Source of the DNA: Nitrospirota bacterium
GTDB taxonomy: Bacteria > Nitrospirota > UBA9217
DNA: 64,000 bases
Direction: 5' to 3'
NCBI GenBank assembly: GCA_963749655.1
Contig: CAVVOB010000012.1
Coordinates: forward strand, 64,001-128,000
The notes below the pieces were generated by a model, which made no database searches, was not told the DNA's origin, and saw only the letters and a program-made list of their open reading frames with translations. A program made the translations under genes and the position numbers. Positions 1-11,834 of the stretch are shown here, piece after piece (position 1 is the stretch's first letter; each line of letters opens with the position of its first letter).

Positions 1-197
1 ACCAGATCAAGAACTGCCCCGAGGTCTGCCGCATCTTCTGCGCCACGGCCAATCCTCTCGAGGTCGTCGTTGCGTCGACGAGCCAGGGCAAGGGGATCGC
101 AGGCGTGATCGACGGCGCTTCGCCCAAAGGCGTCGAGACCGAAGAAGACAAGGCGCAGCGCAGGGGGTTCCTGAGAAAGATAGGATATAAGCTGTAA
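1..197 (+). CDS. Adenosine-specific kinase family protein (DUF355), 3' end; partial at window edge
   Basis: Manual translation of frame 3: [48 protein letters not shown]...FLRKIGYKL*, the typical C-terminus of this family. Confidence 0.8.
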   Translation, partial: QIKNCPEVCRIFCATANPLEVVVASTSQGKGIAGVIDGASPKGVETEEDKAQRRGFLRKIGYKL

Positions 198-313
198 GAT
201 TTAGGAGCCAGCAGCCAGGGGCCCCAGGAGAGGCCTGTTGCGCAAGTGGCGCATTCCTTGACCCTTGCTTCCTTCCCCTTCACCCTCCTTCCCAAACCTG
301 TTACAGTGTCTTC

Positions 314-1446
314 ATGGCAGACAAACAGCGGGCAGAAACGATCATTTCCATCGGCGGCGGCAAGGGCGGCGTGGGCAAGAGCATCCTCTCCATTGCGCTC
401 GGCACGGTCCTGGCCCGCAGCGGCAGGAGCGTGGTTCTTGCGGACCTCGACCTCGGGGCCGCGAATCTCCATACCTACCTCGGCATCCTCGGCAGGACGC
501 CGACCATCGCGGACTTCATCCTGAACAAAGTCCCTTCCCTCGAAAATCTCATGGTCGAGACACCGGTAAGGAACATGGGGCTCATCAGCGGGGCAGAGTT
601 CATCCCGGGCATCACCAATCCGGCCCACTGGATGAAACTCAAGCTCATGCGCCATCTGCGCGCGCTTCCCGCGGACTATGTCATCATCGACCTGGGGGCG
701 GGCGTCCATTTCAACACTCTCGATTTTTTCGGCATTTCCGACCGCGGCGTCGTGATCACGGCGCCCGAGCCCGGAGCGGTGATGAACGCCTACAGCTTCG
801 TGAAGGGCGCCCTATTCCGCAAGATGCAGAGCATCTTCAGAAACAATCCCGCGGTCGCCGCCCTCATCGAGGCCGAGACAGGGCGGGGCGACGGCGAGAG
901 CCGGTTCACCCTGGACTGGCTCAAGGGGGCGCTTGCGAAGACCGCACCCGATCTGCTTCCGCTGGTGTCCGAGATCGAGATGTCGTTCACGCCGGCGCTC
1001 ATCATCAACCGCGCGCCCGAAGGTCATACCCATGTGCTCGTCCGGAACCTTATTTCCCTGTGCTCGGAAAAACTCGGCATTACGCTGGAGCATGTCGGCG
1101 ACCTGCCTGAGGCGCGGGAACTCACGAACCATCTCCTGAACGTTCCCCGGTTCTTCGACCTGCCCGGCGGCGCGGCCTATTTCTCAGCAGCCGGCCGGAT
1201 CGCCGAGCGGATTCTGCGGCACGCCGCACCGGGGCAGGTTCCGACGCGGCGCCCGTGGATTTCAGCGACGAAGAGCGGGACGAGATCCTGCGCTTCATCG
1301 ATTCCCTGGACGAACGCGTATTCAGCCGGACCAGCAAGAACGCCTGGAAGCTCAGGATGTTCTTCAAGCCTGCCGACGTGGTGAGCTACCTCGTCAGCCG
1401 CGGCGCAAAGCACGACCTGTTCTTCAAGCCTTCGAAAATAAACTAG
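314..1446 (+). CDS. MinD/FlhG(FleN)-like P-loop ATPase; one frameshift near 1250
   Basis: Deviant Walker A GGKGGVGKS, DLDLGAANL, IIDLGAG; C-terminus continues in ORF 1255..1446. Confidence 0.8.
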
Positions 1447-1631
1447 GTCCGGCTGCAGGCAGCAGGAGTCTGGGAAAGCGACGGGGGAAAAGCCTTTACG
1501 CACGTGAAGGCCCTGTGCGCCGGAGAAACATTCCTTGATTATTTTCTTTAAAAGCAGTAAAATCCGCGAATCCGTAAAAAAAGTCATGTCCGGAGAAGTT
1601 CCTCTGCAGAGACCAGGAAAAGGGAGAAACC

Positions 1632-2396
1632 ATGAACGGTGTTCGTGTACAGCAGCAACATTCTCGTTTGCAGTCATGATGGTGCTCAGCGGAGCGGCTT
1701 TCGCTGCGCCGACAGCCGCGGAAAACCCCTCCGACCGGCAAGATGAAGGCGAAGGAAGCGGCGGCACAATTGTCGTCTCGCTTTCGGGAAAGGTCGTGGA
1801 AACCATGAACTCCGGCGGGTATACCTATGTCTGTCTTGAAAAGGCCGGAAAGAAGACTTGGGTGGCGGTGCCGGAGACGAACAGTGGCCAGTGGGCCGGG
1901 AGATGGCGTTTCAACCCGGAACACCGATGTCCAATTTCACGAGCAAGTCCCTCAAAAGGACCTTCGACGTAATCTATTTTTCGAGCGGACCGACATCTTC
2001 CGGGGAAGCGGGCGAAGCAGCCGGCAACGGCTCCGGCCAGGAAAAAGATCCGCTCCTGCTCCGATTAAGAACGTAAAGGTGGAAAAGGCAGCGGGCCCCG
2101 ATGCTTATACCATAGCGGAAGTTTTCGGAAAGCGGGCCAAGCTCCACGGAAAAAGCGCGGTCATCCATGCAACGGTGGTGAAGGTCGCGACAGGCATCAT
2201 GGGCAAGAACTGGCTGCACCTGCAGGACGGTACCGGTGACGCAGCGAAGAACACCAACGATCTTGTCGTGACGACGGAGGATACGGCGGAGATCGGCGAC
2301 GTCGTGACGGTCAAGGGAACAGTCTTCAAAGACAAGGATTTCGGCTCGGGATACAAGTACAGCGTTATCCTTGAAAAGGCGAGCATCCAGCACTGA
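1632..2396 (+). CDS. Exported tandem OB-fold protein (NrfJ-like); frameshifted
   Basis: RBS GGGAGA before ATG 1632; signal-like segment ending AAFA; [15 protein letters not shown] and [15 protein letters not shown] motifs split over ORFs 1535, 1858 and 1827. Confidence 0.6.
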
Positions 2397-2425
2397 TCCG
2401 GGGCCGTGACATTCCCAGCGACAAT

Positions 2426-2456
2426 GAGCCCCGTGTTCTCGCGGGGCTTTTTTTTA
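2426..2456 (+). terminator. Rho-independent terminator
   Basis: agccccg-tgttctcg-cggggct hairpin followed by a T run. Confidence 0.8.
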
Positions 2457-2488
2457 ATCAGGGAAGCAGTGATCAAGGGAGAGGGAAC

Positions 2489-4276
2489 ATGCAGAAGGGA
2501 TCGAAGAACGAAAAGCTGAACGCCTGGATCAGTGAAGTCGCCGATCTGTGCAAGCCCGATACAATCGTCTGGTGCGACGGCTCCAGCGAGGAATACGACC
2601 GGTTGATGGCAGCCATGCGCGAGGGCGGCATGGCCATCCCGCTCGCAAAGAGGCCGAACAGCTTTCTGTTCCGCACCGATCCGAGCGACGTGGCACGCGT
2701 GGAGGACCGCACCTATATCAGCACCTCTTCCCGCGACGAGGCGGGGCCGACGAACAACTGGATCGCCGTTGCTGAACTCAAGAAGACCATGTCCGATCTA
2801 TACCGAGGCTGCATGAAGGGCCGTACGATGTATGTCATCCCCTTTTCCATGGGTCCCATCGGCTCCCCCATCTCCAAGATCGGCGTCGAAGTGACCGACA
2901 GCCCCTATGTGGTCTGCAACATGCACATCATGACCCGCGTCGGCACGAAGGTGCTCGACGCGCTCGGAGCGAACGGAGCGTTCATCCCCTGCCTGCACTC
3001 CATCGGCGCACCGCTCGACAAGGGGCAAAAGGACGCCGCCTGGCCCTGCGCTCCCATTGAACAAAAATACATCAGCCACTTTCCCGAGGAGAACCTGATC
3101 TGGTCCTACGGCTCGGGCTACGGCGGCAACGCCCTGCTCGGGAAAAAGTGCCTCGCCCTCCGGATCGCCTCGAACATGGCCCGGAAGGAAGGCTGGATGG
3201 CGGAGCATATGCTGATCCTGCGCCTGACCAGCCCGGAAGGCAAACGCTACCATATCGCCGCCGCGTTCCCCTCGGCATGCGGCAAAACGAATCTTGCCAT
3301 GATGCAGCCTTCGCTCAAAGGCTGGAAATGCGAATGCATCGGCGACGATATCGCGTGGATGAAGATCCGGGGAGACGGCAGGCTCCATGCCATCAATCCC
3401 GAAAGCGGCTTCTTCGGCGTCGGACCGGGCACATCGTATACCACGAACCCCGCGGCCATGAACACGCTCAGGGAAAACATTATTTTCACGAACTGCGCGC
3501 TCACGGACGACGGCGATATCTGGTGGGAAGGCATGACCGAGGACGCGCCTGCCCATGCCCTGGACTGGAAGGGGCGAGACTGGACCCCGGCGAGCCGCGA
3601 AGAGGCGGCCCATTCCAACGCGCGGTTCACGGCGCCGGCGCGTCAGTGCCCCGTCATCTGTCCGGACTGGGAAAATCCCGAGGGCGTGCCGATCGACATC
3701 TTCATCTTCGGCGGCCGCCGCGGCAGCGTCGTGCCCCTCGTATCCGAGGCCTACTCCTGGGACCACGGCGTGTTTCTCGGCGCCACCGCGGCTTCGGAGA
3801 CCACGTCGGCCAACATCGGCGCGGTCGGCAACCTGAGAAGGGACCCCTTTGCCATGAAGCCCTTCTGCGGCTACCATATGGGCGACTACTTCCATCACTG
3901 GCTCTCGATGGGCGACCGTCTGGGGAGCAAAGCGCCGCGGGTCTTCTATGTGAACTGGTTCCGGAAGAGCAGCGAGGGCAGGTTCCTCTGGCCCGGGTTC
4001 AGCGACAACAGCCGCGTGCTGAAGTGGATGTGCGACCGCGTTGACGGGAGAGTCGGCGCCAAAGAGACGCCCATCGGGCTGATGCCGAAAGACGGCGACC
4101 TCGATCTCACGGGTCTTTCAGTCACGCAGGAAAATATGAAGGCCCTGATGAACGTCGATATGAAAGAGTGGAGATCCGAGATCCCGGACATCGAAAAGCA
4201 TTTCGCGCTTTTTGGGAGCCGGCTGCCGGAGAGGCTGAAAAAACAGCTCGACGAATTCCGCAAGCGGTTGGGGTAG
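2489..4276 (+). CDS. pckG: Phosphoenolpyruvate carboxykinase (GTP)
   Basis: [49 protein letters not shown]. Confidence 0.97.
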   Translation: MQKGSKNEKLNAWISEVADLCKPDTIVWCDGSSEEYDRLMAAMREGGMAIPLAKRPNSFLFRTDPSDVARVEDRTYISTSSRDEAGPTNNWIAVAELKKTMSDLYRGCMKGRTMYVIPFSMGPIGSPISKIGVEVTDSPYVVCNMHIMTRVGTKVLDALGANGAFIPCLHSIGAPLDKGQKDAAWPCAPIEQKYISHFPEENLIWSYGSGYGGNALLGKKCLALRIASNMARKEGWMAEHMLILRLTSPEGKRYHIAAAFPSACGKTNLAMMQPSLKGWKCECIGDDIAWMKIRGDGRLHAINPESGFFGVGPGTSYTTNPAAMNTLRENIIFTNCALTDDGDIWWEGMTEDAPAHALDWKGRDWTPASREEAAHSNARFTAPARQCPVICPDWENPEGVPIDIFIFGGRRGSVVPLVSEAYSWDHGVFLGATAASETTSANIGAVGNLRRDPFAMKPFCGYHMGDYFHHWLSMGDRLGSKAPRVFYVNWFRKSSEGRFLWPGFSDNSRVLKWMCDRVDGRVGAKETPIGLMPKDGDLDLTGLSVTQENMKALMNVDMKEWRSEIPDIEKHFALFGSRLPERLKKQLDEFRKRLG

Positions 4277-4308
4277 GTTTTCGAACCAGTGCCGAAACCA
4301 AAAGCATC

Positions 4309-4396
4309 TTCGCGCAAACAGACGCAAAGGCGCCAAGGGAACCATAACTAAGCTCAAATCAGGCCTTTCTTTGCGGCTTGGCGGCTTTGCGCGAGA
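4309..4396. repeat. Intergenic palindromic element with GCAAAG-type 9-nt-period arms
   Basis: tcgcgcaaacagacgcaaaggcgccaag ... ctttgcggcttggcggctttgcgcgaga; same family as 12945, 13970, 18759 and 47865. Confidence 0.7.
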
Positions 4397-4438
4397 TGGT
4401 TCAGTTTTTTCATCGTTTTTTCACCAGCAGTGAACAGC

Positions 4439-6157
4439 ATGCAAAAAATCTCCCCTCAAAAGTCCCTCGTGAACGTGCTGGGCGTGGTGTACCTTCACAC
4501 CAAGACCGAGGACGGCGGTGATCTGTACCTCACGCGTCATGCCCAATCCCACCAGGAGCACCTCAATATCCAGAACTGGTATGAAGAGGAATGGTTTGCC
4601 GCGCACCGTGTCAGACTGCTCGGAACCAGCTCCGTGTACCGTGTGTCAACGAAACCGGTCAAGAACGTGAGTCTCGACCTCGTGGTCAAGAACTGCCGCG
4701 TGGGAGAGGACGTCCCGATCAACACCCACACGCTCGAGGAGTTCGTCAGCGCCGAGTTCAACAGCCCCTGGGAGGAGTTCGCCCTGGTCATGGAGATGGA
4801 CGATCGTCAGGTCGGCCAGCGGATCGGGTGGATCAGGGTTCAGCGGCCCCTCGCCATTTACGTCCCGCCCCAGACCATGCAGCTCTGGCAGAGCGGCCGG
4901 TCCCGGTCCCGCATCAACCGCATCCGCGCGCGCCATCCCGGCATCGACCTCGACATCCTCAAGCAATACAAGCTCGTCTACGAGTGGATCCGGGGAAAGA
5001 ACCTGATCGAGATCTTCGAAGGGATCAAACTCGAGTTTCCCGACATCGTGGAACACCTCAAGATCATGCAGAAGATGGCCTTCGATGACCTGAGCACAAA
5101 AGGGTACCACATGGCGGACATGAAGCCCGAGCACGTCATCATCGATGAGGCTGACTGCGAGCGCATCGAGCTTGCCGGAAAAGGCGGGAATGCCGAAGCG
5201 ACAAACAGGCAGGTGGACCTCGTCTACCAGCTGCTCCGGGGCGGGAACTATTCGGTCATCGATTACGAGCTGCTCTTTCGCACGCCCGAACACGAAGACC
5301 GGGTCAAGGCATCGAGGCGGCACTCGTACCTGGACGACATGCGGGACCGCTTTACGCCGACGCCGCTTCCGTCGCATCTTGCGCGCACGGAGATCTTCGG
5401 CGTTCCCTATATCTTCGGCCATGCAGAGAGCACCGGCGGCCGCATGTGGGTCGTGGGCAGGAACGGGCGCCTGTTCGATTATTTTCTGCCCGAGCGCTGG
5501 CGAAAGACGCCGAGCCTGAGCCTGTCGGACACCAATGAGGTATACTACACGGTCACGAAGGACAACATCCATCTCGTCTGGAAGGCGTCTCGTGTGGGAG
5601 AGATTCCCGCTGTCAAAAAATACAATGCCGAGGAGATCGAGAAGATCAGGCACTACGGCATCAACAGTCCCTTCGAGGAGTTCGCCGTATCCCAGGCGCT
5701 GAACGAACAGGGCATCCATTCCGTCTATGTCCGCGCCATCTATATGACGGGCAGCCTGAAGATCGAGATCTCGTCGGACCCCCGGAAGTACCAGTCCCAC
5801 AAGCAAATCGTCGATACCGACGGCAATCCCGTGCTGGCGGTGGAGCACAATTACATCACGATCCGCGGCTTCTACAACGGACCTGATGCCTGGGTGTCTC
5901 AGCGCGAAGAGACATCGCTGCTCACGCCCGTCGACCTGGCAAAGGCAGTGCGCAAGAAGATCATCGATGAACGAACCTGCACAGCATATCTGGAGCGCGT
6001 CAGGGACCGGCTGCTCACCGCGGGATATGACGGTTCGCTGCTCAAGGCCAATGATCTTCTGCTCGCCCTCGATTCCCATGGCCAGATCATGAAGGACAAA
6101 TCGGGCGAGCCGGACATCATCATCTGCAACTTCGAGATCATCTGGAAGATCTTTTAG
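4439..6157 (+). CDS. Hypothetical protein with two tandem protein-kinase-like folds (kinase plus apparent pseudokinase)
   Basis: Internal duplication LVVKNCRVGE..NSPWEEF / LVWKASRVGE..NSPFEEF; N-half has HMADMKPEH and IDYE. Confidence 0.65.
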   Translation: MQKISPQKSLVNVLGVVYLHTKTEDGGDLYLTRHAQSHQEHLNIQNWYEEEWFAAHRVRLLGTSSVYRVSTKPVKNVSLDLVVKNCRVGEDVPINTHTLEEFVSAEFNSPWEEFALVMEMDDRQVGQRIGWIRVQRPLAIYVPPQTMQLWQSGRSRSRINRIRARHPGIDLDILKQYKLVYEWIRGKNLIEIFEGIKLEFPDIVEHLKIMQKMAFDDLSTKGYHMADMKPEHVIIDEADCERIELAGKGGNAEATNRQVDLVYQLLRGGNYSVIDYELLFRTPEHEDRVKASRRHSYLDDMRDRFTPTPLPSHLARTEIFGVPYIFGHAESTGGRMWVVGRNGRLFDYFLPERWRKTPSLSLSDTNEVYYTVTKDNIHLVWKASRVGEIPAVKKYNAEEIEKIRHYGINSPFEEFAVSQALNEQGIHSVYVRAIYMTGSLKIEISSDPRKYQSHKQIVDTDGNPVLAVEHNYITIRGFYNGPDAWVSQREETSLLTPVDLAKAVRKKIIDERTCTAYLERVRDRLLTAGYDGSLLKANDLLLALDSHGQIMKDKSGEPDIIICNFEIIWKIF

Positions 6158-6452
6158 GATCCTTGGTTGTCATCACCGCGCTGTCAGTATTCTCCGACGG
6201 TTTTCCGATCTCGCTCATACTTTAGCCTCAACAATCGTCCGCCCTCTTCTTCGATCTCAATCAGCCCTGTGCTATGATTTAAGCATCAGTGAACCTCTGT
6301 CAGCATCATCTCCGAGCGGCTGCCAGGCGCTTTTGTAAAGAAACCAACGGCACTCCGCGGCCGCCGGGTACGCATCCCGACCCACATGCGACAGCAATTG
6401 CTGCTGCAGAACAAGAGGACAAAAAGAATACGATGAAGGAGAGGAGGCTGCC

Positions 6453-7568
6453 ATGAAGACCACCGTGAGCGTGATCAAAGCTGATATCGGTTCCGTCGGA
6501 GGTCATATCTGTCCCTCGGAAAAGCTGCTTGAAACCGTGAAGAAGCATGTGACGGAAAAGGGCCGGGATATTCTGATCGACAACTATGTGAGTTTCACCG
6601 GTGACGACATTGCGATCCTCATGACCCACCGGTCCGGCGAGGGAAATGAGCAGGTCCACAAACTTGCCTGGGACGCTTTTGTTGCCGGGACTGCCGTTGC
6701 GAAATCACAGGGCCTCTACGGCGCTGGCCAGGACCTCTTGAAGGACGCTTTCTCCGGGAATGTCCACGGCATGGGCCCCGCTGTCGCGGAAATGGAATTC
6801 GACGAGCGGCCCGGGGAACCTTTCCTGTTTTTCGCTGCGGACAAGACCGACCCAGGCGCGTACAACTTCCCGCTTTATCTCGCGTTCACCGACGCCATGA
6901 ATACGCCCGGCCTTATGCTTTCTCCAAAAATGGCCCAGGGCTTCAGCTTCACGATCATGGACGTGAACCATACGGAAGGCGATCGCGTCGTCGAGCTCTC
7001 CGCTCCCGAAGACCTCTACGATATCGCTACGCTGCTCCGCGACCCTGAGCGGTATGTGGTCGAGTCCGTGTGGTCGCGCGCGGCGGGCACACAGGCTGCG
7101 GCAGTGGCAACGTCGCGGCTTCACAACATCGCGGGAAAATACACGGGCAAGGACGATCCCGTGATGCTGGTCAGGAGCCAGATGGATTTTCCTGCAACAG
7201 GCGAGATCCTCCAGCCCTTCTCCGTCGGCCACTTCGTGGCGGGTTGCATGCGGGGTTCGCACAACATGCCGATCATGCCCGTGAAGCTCAATACGACCAT
7301 CAGCTGGTTCGACGGTCCGCCCGTAGTCAGCTGCGCGGCCTTCTCGCTTCGCGACGGAAAGCTGACCGGACCGGTGGACGCCTTCGACCATCCGTTCTGG
7401 GACCGGGTGCGCGCGCACGTTGCCGACAAGGCAATGGACATGCGGAGGCAGGGTTTCTTCGGCGCCGCCATGCTGCCGATGAACGAGCTGGAGTACACGG
7501 GGATCATGGAAAAGCTTGCCGCGATCGAGAAGAAGTTTGCGGTGCGGGCGATGAAAAAAGCCGCATAG
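6453..7568 (+). CDS. fbp: Bifunctional fructose-1,6-bisphosphate aldolase/phosphatase (class V FBPase)
   Basis: SVIKADIGS, GDDI, LYGAGQDLLKDAFSGN, ADKTDPGAYN, IAGKYTGKDDP, MRGSH. Confidence 0.95.
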   Translation: MKTTVSVIKADIGSVGGHICPSEKLLETVKKHVTEKGRDILIDNYVSFTGDDIAILMTHRSGEGNEQVHKLAWDAFVAGTAVAKSQGLYGAGQDLLKDAFSGNVHGMGPAVAEMEFDERPGEPFLFFAADKTDPGAYNFPLYLAFTDAMNTPGLMLSPKMAQGFSFTIMDVNHTEGDRVVELSAPEDLYDIATLLRDPERYVVESVWSRAAGTQAAAVATSRLHNIAGKYTGKDDPVMLVRSQMDFPATGEILQPFSVGHFVAGCMRGSHNMPIMPVKLNTTISWFDGPPVVSCAAFSLRDGKLTGPVDAFDHPFWDRVRAHVADKAMDMRRQGFFGAAMLPMNELEYTGIMEKLAAIEKKFAVRAMKKAA

Positions 7569-7599
7569 CTGTATCGGTCCTCTCGGGCACAAGATGACG

Positions 7600-7625
7600 G
7601 CCGGGGCAAAAGTCCCCGGCTTTGT
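7600..7625 (+). terminator. Probable Rho-independent terminator
   Basis: gccgggg-caaaagt-ccccggc followed by tttgt, downstream of fbp. Confidence 0.55.
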
Positions 7626-7821
7626 CATCTCTGGATTGAGAGGATCGCACTCTCGTAAATACCGGAAGAAAAGCCTAATACGCTTTTTTTGCCACGAATG
7701 AGCACGAATTTTCACGAATGTAAATAGCGCATTCAGTCTGTGCTCATCAGTGTTTATCAGTGGTCCCAACGGTCTGTTGCGTAGGGTGCTACAATAAAAA
7801 TAGACGAAAAAGCAGGGTGCC

Positions 7822-9571
7822 ATGAAGAACCAGCAGATCGCAAAGATCTTCAACGAGATCGCCGAGCTTCTCGAATTGAAGGGCGAGAACGTGTTCCGCA
7901 TCCGCGCCTATCGCAGGGCTGCCCAGAACATCGACGGCCTCTCGAAAGACGCGGCCGCGCTGACCGATGAAGAGCTTGCGGCAATCCCGGGGATCGGCAA
8001 GGACCTTAGCAGCAAGATCCGCGAGTATCTTGAAAAAGGCATTGTTTCCAAACACGAGGAATTGAAAAAGGAGATCCCCGCCGGCGTTCTCGATCTTCTG
8101 CGGGTGCCGGGACTCGGGCCGAAAAAGGCCAAGCAGTTCTACGACACCCTCGGGATCAAGAGCGTCGATGAGCTGGAAGCAGCAATCACCGCGGGGAGGC
8201 TTGCGGGCCTTCCGGGGATCCAGAAAAAGACCGAGGAGAATATCCTCAAAGGGATCGCGCTGATCAAGCGGGGGACCGACCGCAAACCCCTCGGCCGGGT
8301 TCTCCCGCTGGCCGAAGACATCATGCGGCGAATGAAGGAAAAAGCGCCGATCGACCGGATCGCTGTGGCGGGCAGCATCAGGAGAATGAGGGAGACGGTG
8401 CGGGACATCGATATCCTGACGACGTCGAGGGAGCCCGCTGCGGTCATGGACGCTTTTGTGAAGCTGCCGCTCGTAAGCAGGGTGCTCGCGCAGGGAGAGA
8501 CGAAATCTTCGATCGTCACCGACGACGGGATCCAGGTGGACCTTCGGGTCGTCGAAGAAGGCTCCTTTGGTGCGGCGCTCCAGTATTTTACCGGGAAGCA
8601 AACAGCACAATATCAAGCTCCGGGAAATGGCGGTGCGGGCCGGCCTCAAGGTCAACGAATACGGCGTGTTCAAAGGCCCGGGCGAGAAGAAGATCGGCGG
8701 AAAAACGGAGGAGGAAGTCTACAAGGCGCTCAACCTTCCCTACATACCGCCGGAACTGCGGGAAGACCAGGGCGAGATCGATGCAGCGCAGAGCGGCACG
8801 CTTCCGTTTTTTGTAACGTTAGAAGACATTAAAGGCGACCTGCATGTCCATACGAAGTGGTCAGACGGCAGCCACGATCTCGACGCCGTGGTCGAGGCGG
8901 CAAGAGGCAAGGGTTACCGGTACGTTGCGGTCACGGACCACACGAAGGGCCTGGGCGTGGCGCACGGGCTTGACGAGAAGCGGCTGGCCGAGCAGATCAG
9001 GCTCATCGACGAAGCGAACCGGCGCCTGACGGGATTCAGGCTGCTCAAGGGCACGGAGATCGATATCCGGTCCGACGGCAGGCTCGACCTGCCTGACCGG
9101 ACGCTTGCAGAACTGGACATCGTCGTTGCGTCGATCCACTCCGGGTTCAGGCAGGATCGGGACCAAATCACGAAGCGGATCCTGTCCGCCGTCAGGCATC
9201 CCTCGGTCTGCGTGATCGCCCATCCCACAGGGCGGCTGATCGGAGAGCGCGACGCCTATGACGTGGATATCGAGGCCGTGCTGCGGGAGGCAGGGAAGCT
9301 GGGCGTCGCCATGGAGATCAATTCCTATCCACTCCGGCTCGACCTGAACGACCACCACGTACGGCTGGCGAAGGAGTACGGCGTGCCTCTGGTGATCAGC
9401 ACGGACATGCACGTGAAGACCCAGTTCGACTTCATGAACTACGGGGTGGCGATTGCACGGCGCGGATGGCTGGAGAAGAAGGACGTTTTGAACACGCTGG
9501 AGTATGACGAACTGATGCGGCGGATCAGGACCATGAAGACGAACAAAGCGAAGAACCTGAGAACGGGATGA
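7822..9571 (+). CDS. polX: DNA polymerase X family with PHP exonuclease domain; frameshift near 8595
   Basis: FRIRAYRRAA, HhH IPGIGK, AGSIRR..DID, LQYFTGSK (split), DLHVHT.WSDG, TDH, AHPTGR. Confidence 0.93.
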
Positions 9572-9637
9572 CGGCCTTCATCACGGGAGCGAAGAGCAGG
9601 CAGCGGGCGACGAACGCTTCCGGCCCGGAGGGCTTTA

Positions 9638-10284
9638 TTATCCCTTCCTGACCTGGCAGGTTCTGAAGGCCTGTTCGACCTCCATTTTGAGATTGTTGAA
9701 GTCCCCCCGGCCTTTTGTCCTGATGACCACCTTGCGATACCCTTCTTTTACCCCCTCGTAGGACGTGAGGATTCCCTGGAGGCGGAAGTTATGCTTCCTG
9801 ATGATGTCGGCAACATCCTTGATCGATCCCGCGCGGTCTTCGATCGTGACGCAGATCCGGTGGCCTCCGTGCCTCACTCCCGTAATGTCCACCAGGGCGC
9901 GGTAAATGTCCCGGTCCGAAATGATGCCGACCAGGTTCGCTGCCGTCGACCACGGGAAGGCAGCCGATGTTTTCATCCAGCAGCGTCATGGCCGCTTCTT
10001 CCACCGGCATATCGGACGGGGTCGGTAATGATCTTGGTTTTCATGATCTCCTTGATCCTGGTTTTGGCGAGGAGATAATGCAGCTCGTAGATGTCGAGGG
10101 ACGTGGCCTTGGAGGGGGTGTATTCCTTGATGTCCCGGTCCGAAACAAGGCCCTTGAGCTTTCCGCTCTTGACGACCGGAAGATGCTTGATGCTCTTTTC
10201 CTTCATCAGCGGCAGGGCATCGGAAAGATAATCATCGGGCTCGACGGTAAAGACCTTCTTCGTCATCCAGTCGGAAACGTACAT
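9638..10284 (-). CDS. CBS-pair plus ACT domain protein (AcuB-like); frameshifted
   Basis: MYVSDWMT, IKHLPVV, SKATSLDIYELHYLL, IGCLPVV, ACT motif IEDRAGSI; spread over three frames. Confidence 0.85.
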
Positions 10285-10402
10285 GGGCTGAACCTCCCTG
10301 TGTCGGTTGCTGCAAATCTCAAATCATCTTCATCTTTAACTCAAAACACAAAACTAAAAACTCAAAACGGTATTCACGCTTTCCTGGCCCTTGTGCGGTT
10401 TC

Positions 10403-11114
10403 CTACATTCCCAGGTAAGCCCTTCTTACATGTTCGTTATTCAGCAGTTCGTTGCCCTTGCCCTGCAGCACGATCCTGCCCGTTTCGAGGACGTAGCCGC
10501 GGTCGGCGATCCTGAGCGACTGGAACACGTTCTGTTCAACCAGCAGGATGGTGACTCCCTGCCTGCGGATCTCGGCGATGATCTCGAAGATGGACTTGAC
10601 CAGGAGCGGCGAAAGACCGAGCGACGGCTCGTCGAGCAGCAGCAGCTTCGGCTCGGCCATGAGCCCTCGCGCGATGGCGAGCATCTGCTGCTCGCCGCCG
10701 GACAGGGTGCCGCCCAGCTGTTTTTCCCGCTCCTTGAGGCGCGGGAACAGTGCGAACGACCCGCTCCATGTTCTCGCTCCGCCGGTTGCGCGCGCGTGCC
10801 TGATGAACGATCCCATGCGCAGGTTCTCCATGACCGTCATCTGCGGGAAGATCTTCCTGCCTTCGGGCACCTGGACGATGCCGAGTTCCACCACTTCGTG
10901 GGCTTCGAGCTTCGCCAGGTCCGTGCCGTTGAAGGTGATGCTGCCGGACCCGGGCTTCGAACGAGCCGCGAGATGTTCTTGAGGAGCGTTGATTTGCCGG
11001 CGCCGTTCGCGCCCGACGACCGTTACGATCTCGCCTGTCCTGCACCTCGATGTTCACGTCCCAGAGCACCTTGAGGTCGCCGTAGCTGAAGTGCAGGTTC
11101 TCGATCTTAAGCAT
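10403..11114 (-). CDS. livF: Branched-chain amino acid ABC transporter ATP-binding subunit; frameshifted
   Basis: VPEGRKIF, LSGGEQQMLAIAR, LLLDEPSLGL, VRRAYLG; start [12 protein letters not shown]. Confidence 0.88.
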
Positions 11115-11834
11115 TGCTTTCTCCGAGATAGGCATGAACCACGGCCTGGTTCGAAACGATCTCCTGCGGGACTGCCCTCGGCCAGCTTTTCGCCGGAGTT
11201 CAGGACCACGATCCGGTCGGAGATGCGCATGATCGCCTTCATGTTGTGCTCGATGACCATCTGGGTGATGCCCAGCTTTTTGATGTCGAGGATCAGCCTG
11301 GATGATCTCTTCGCTTTCGGCGGGATTGAGGCCGCCCATGACCTCGTCGAGCAGCAGCAGCTTGGGCCGTGTGGCAAGGACGCGCGCGACCTCGAGCTTC
11401 TTGCGTTCGCCGATGGGCAGGCTGCCGGCCTTGACGTCGGCGCGCTGCTCCAGATGGACGACCTTGAGCTGTTCCCGGGCCGCCGCGCGCGCCTTGCGTG
11501 AGGGAATTGGTCCGGCAGAGGGCGCCGACCATGACGTTGTCCACCACGCTCATCTTGGCCAGCGGCCGCACCTTCTGCCAGGTGCGTGCCATGCCGAGCT
11601 TGCATACGGCGTCCGGATGCAGTCCGTTCATGCGTCTGCCGTCAAACACGACCTCGCCGCGCGACGGCGGATAGTAGCCGGTGATGCAGTTGAACAGGGT
11701 CGTCTTGCCGGCGCCGTTCGGACCGATCAGCCCCAGTGATCGATCCCCGGCTCCACGGTCGAAGGAAACGTCGAGGTTCGCGGCGAGGCCCGCCGAAGAA
11801 TTTGCTGACGCGCTTGTATCTCAAGAATGGCCAT
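11107..11834 (-). CDS. livG: Branched-chain amino acid ABC transporter ATP-binding subunit; frameshifted
   Basis: Fragments [46 protein letters not shown]. Confidence 0.82.

Noticed and set aside
7822-9571. Programmed frameshifting in polX or other split genes
   Set aside because: No consistent slippery sites, and the shifts are scattered across many unrelated genes; sequencing error is the simpler explanation.
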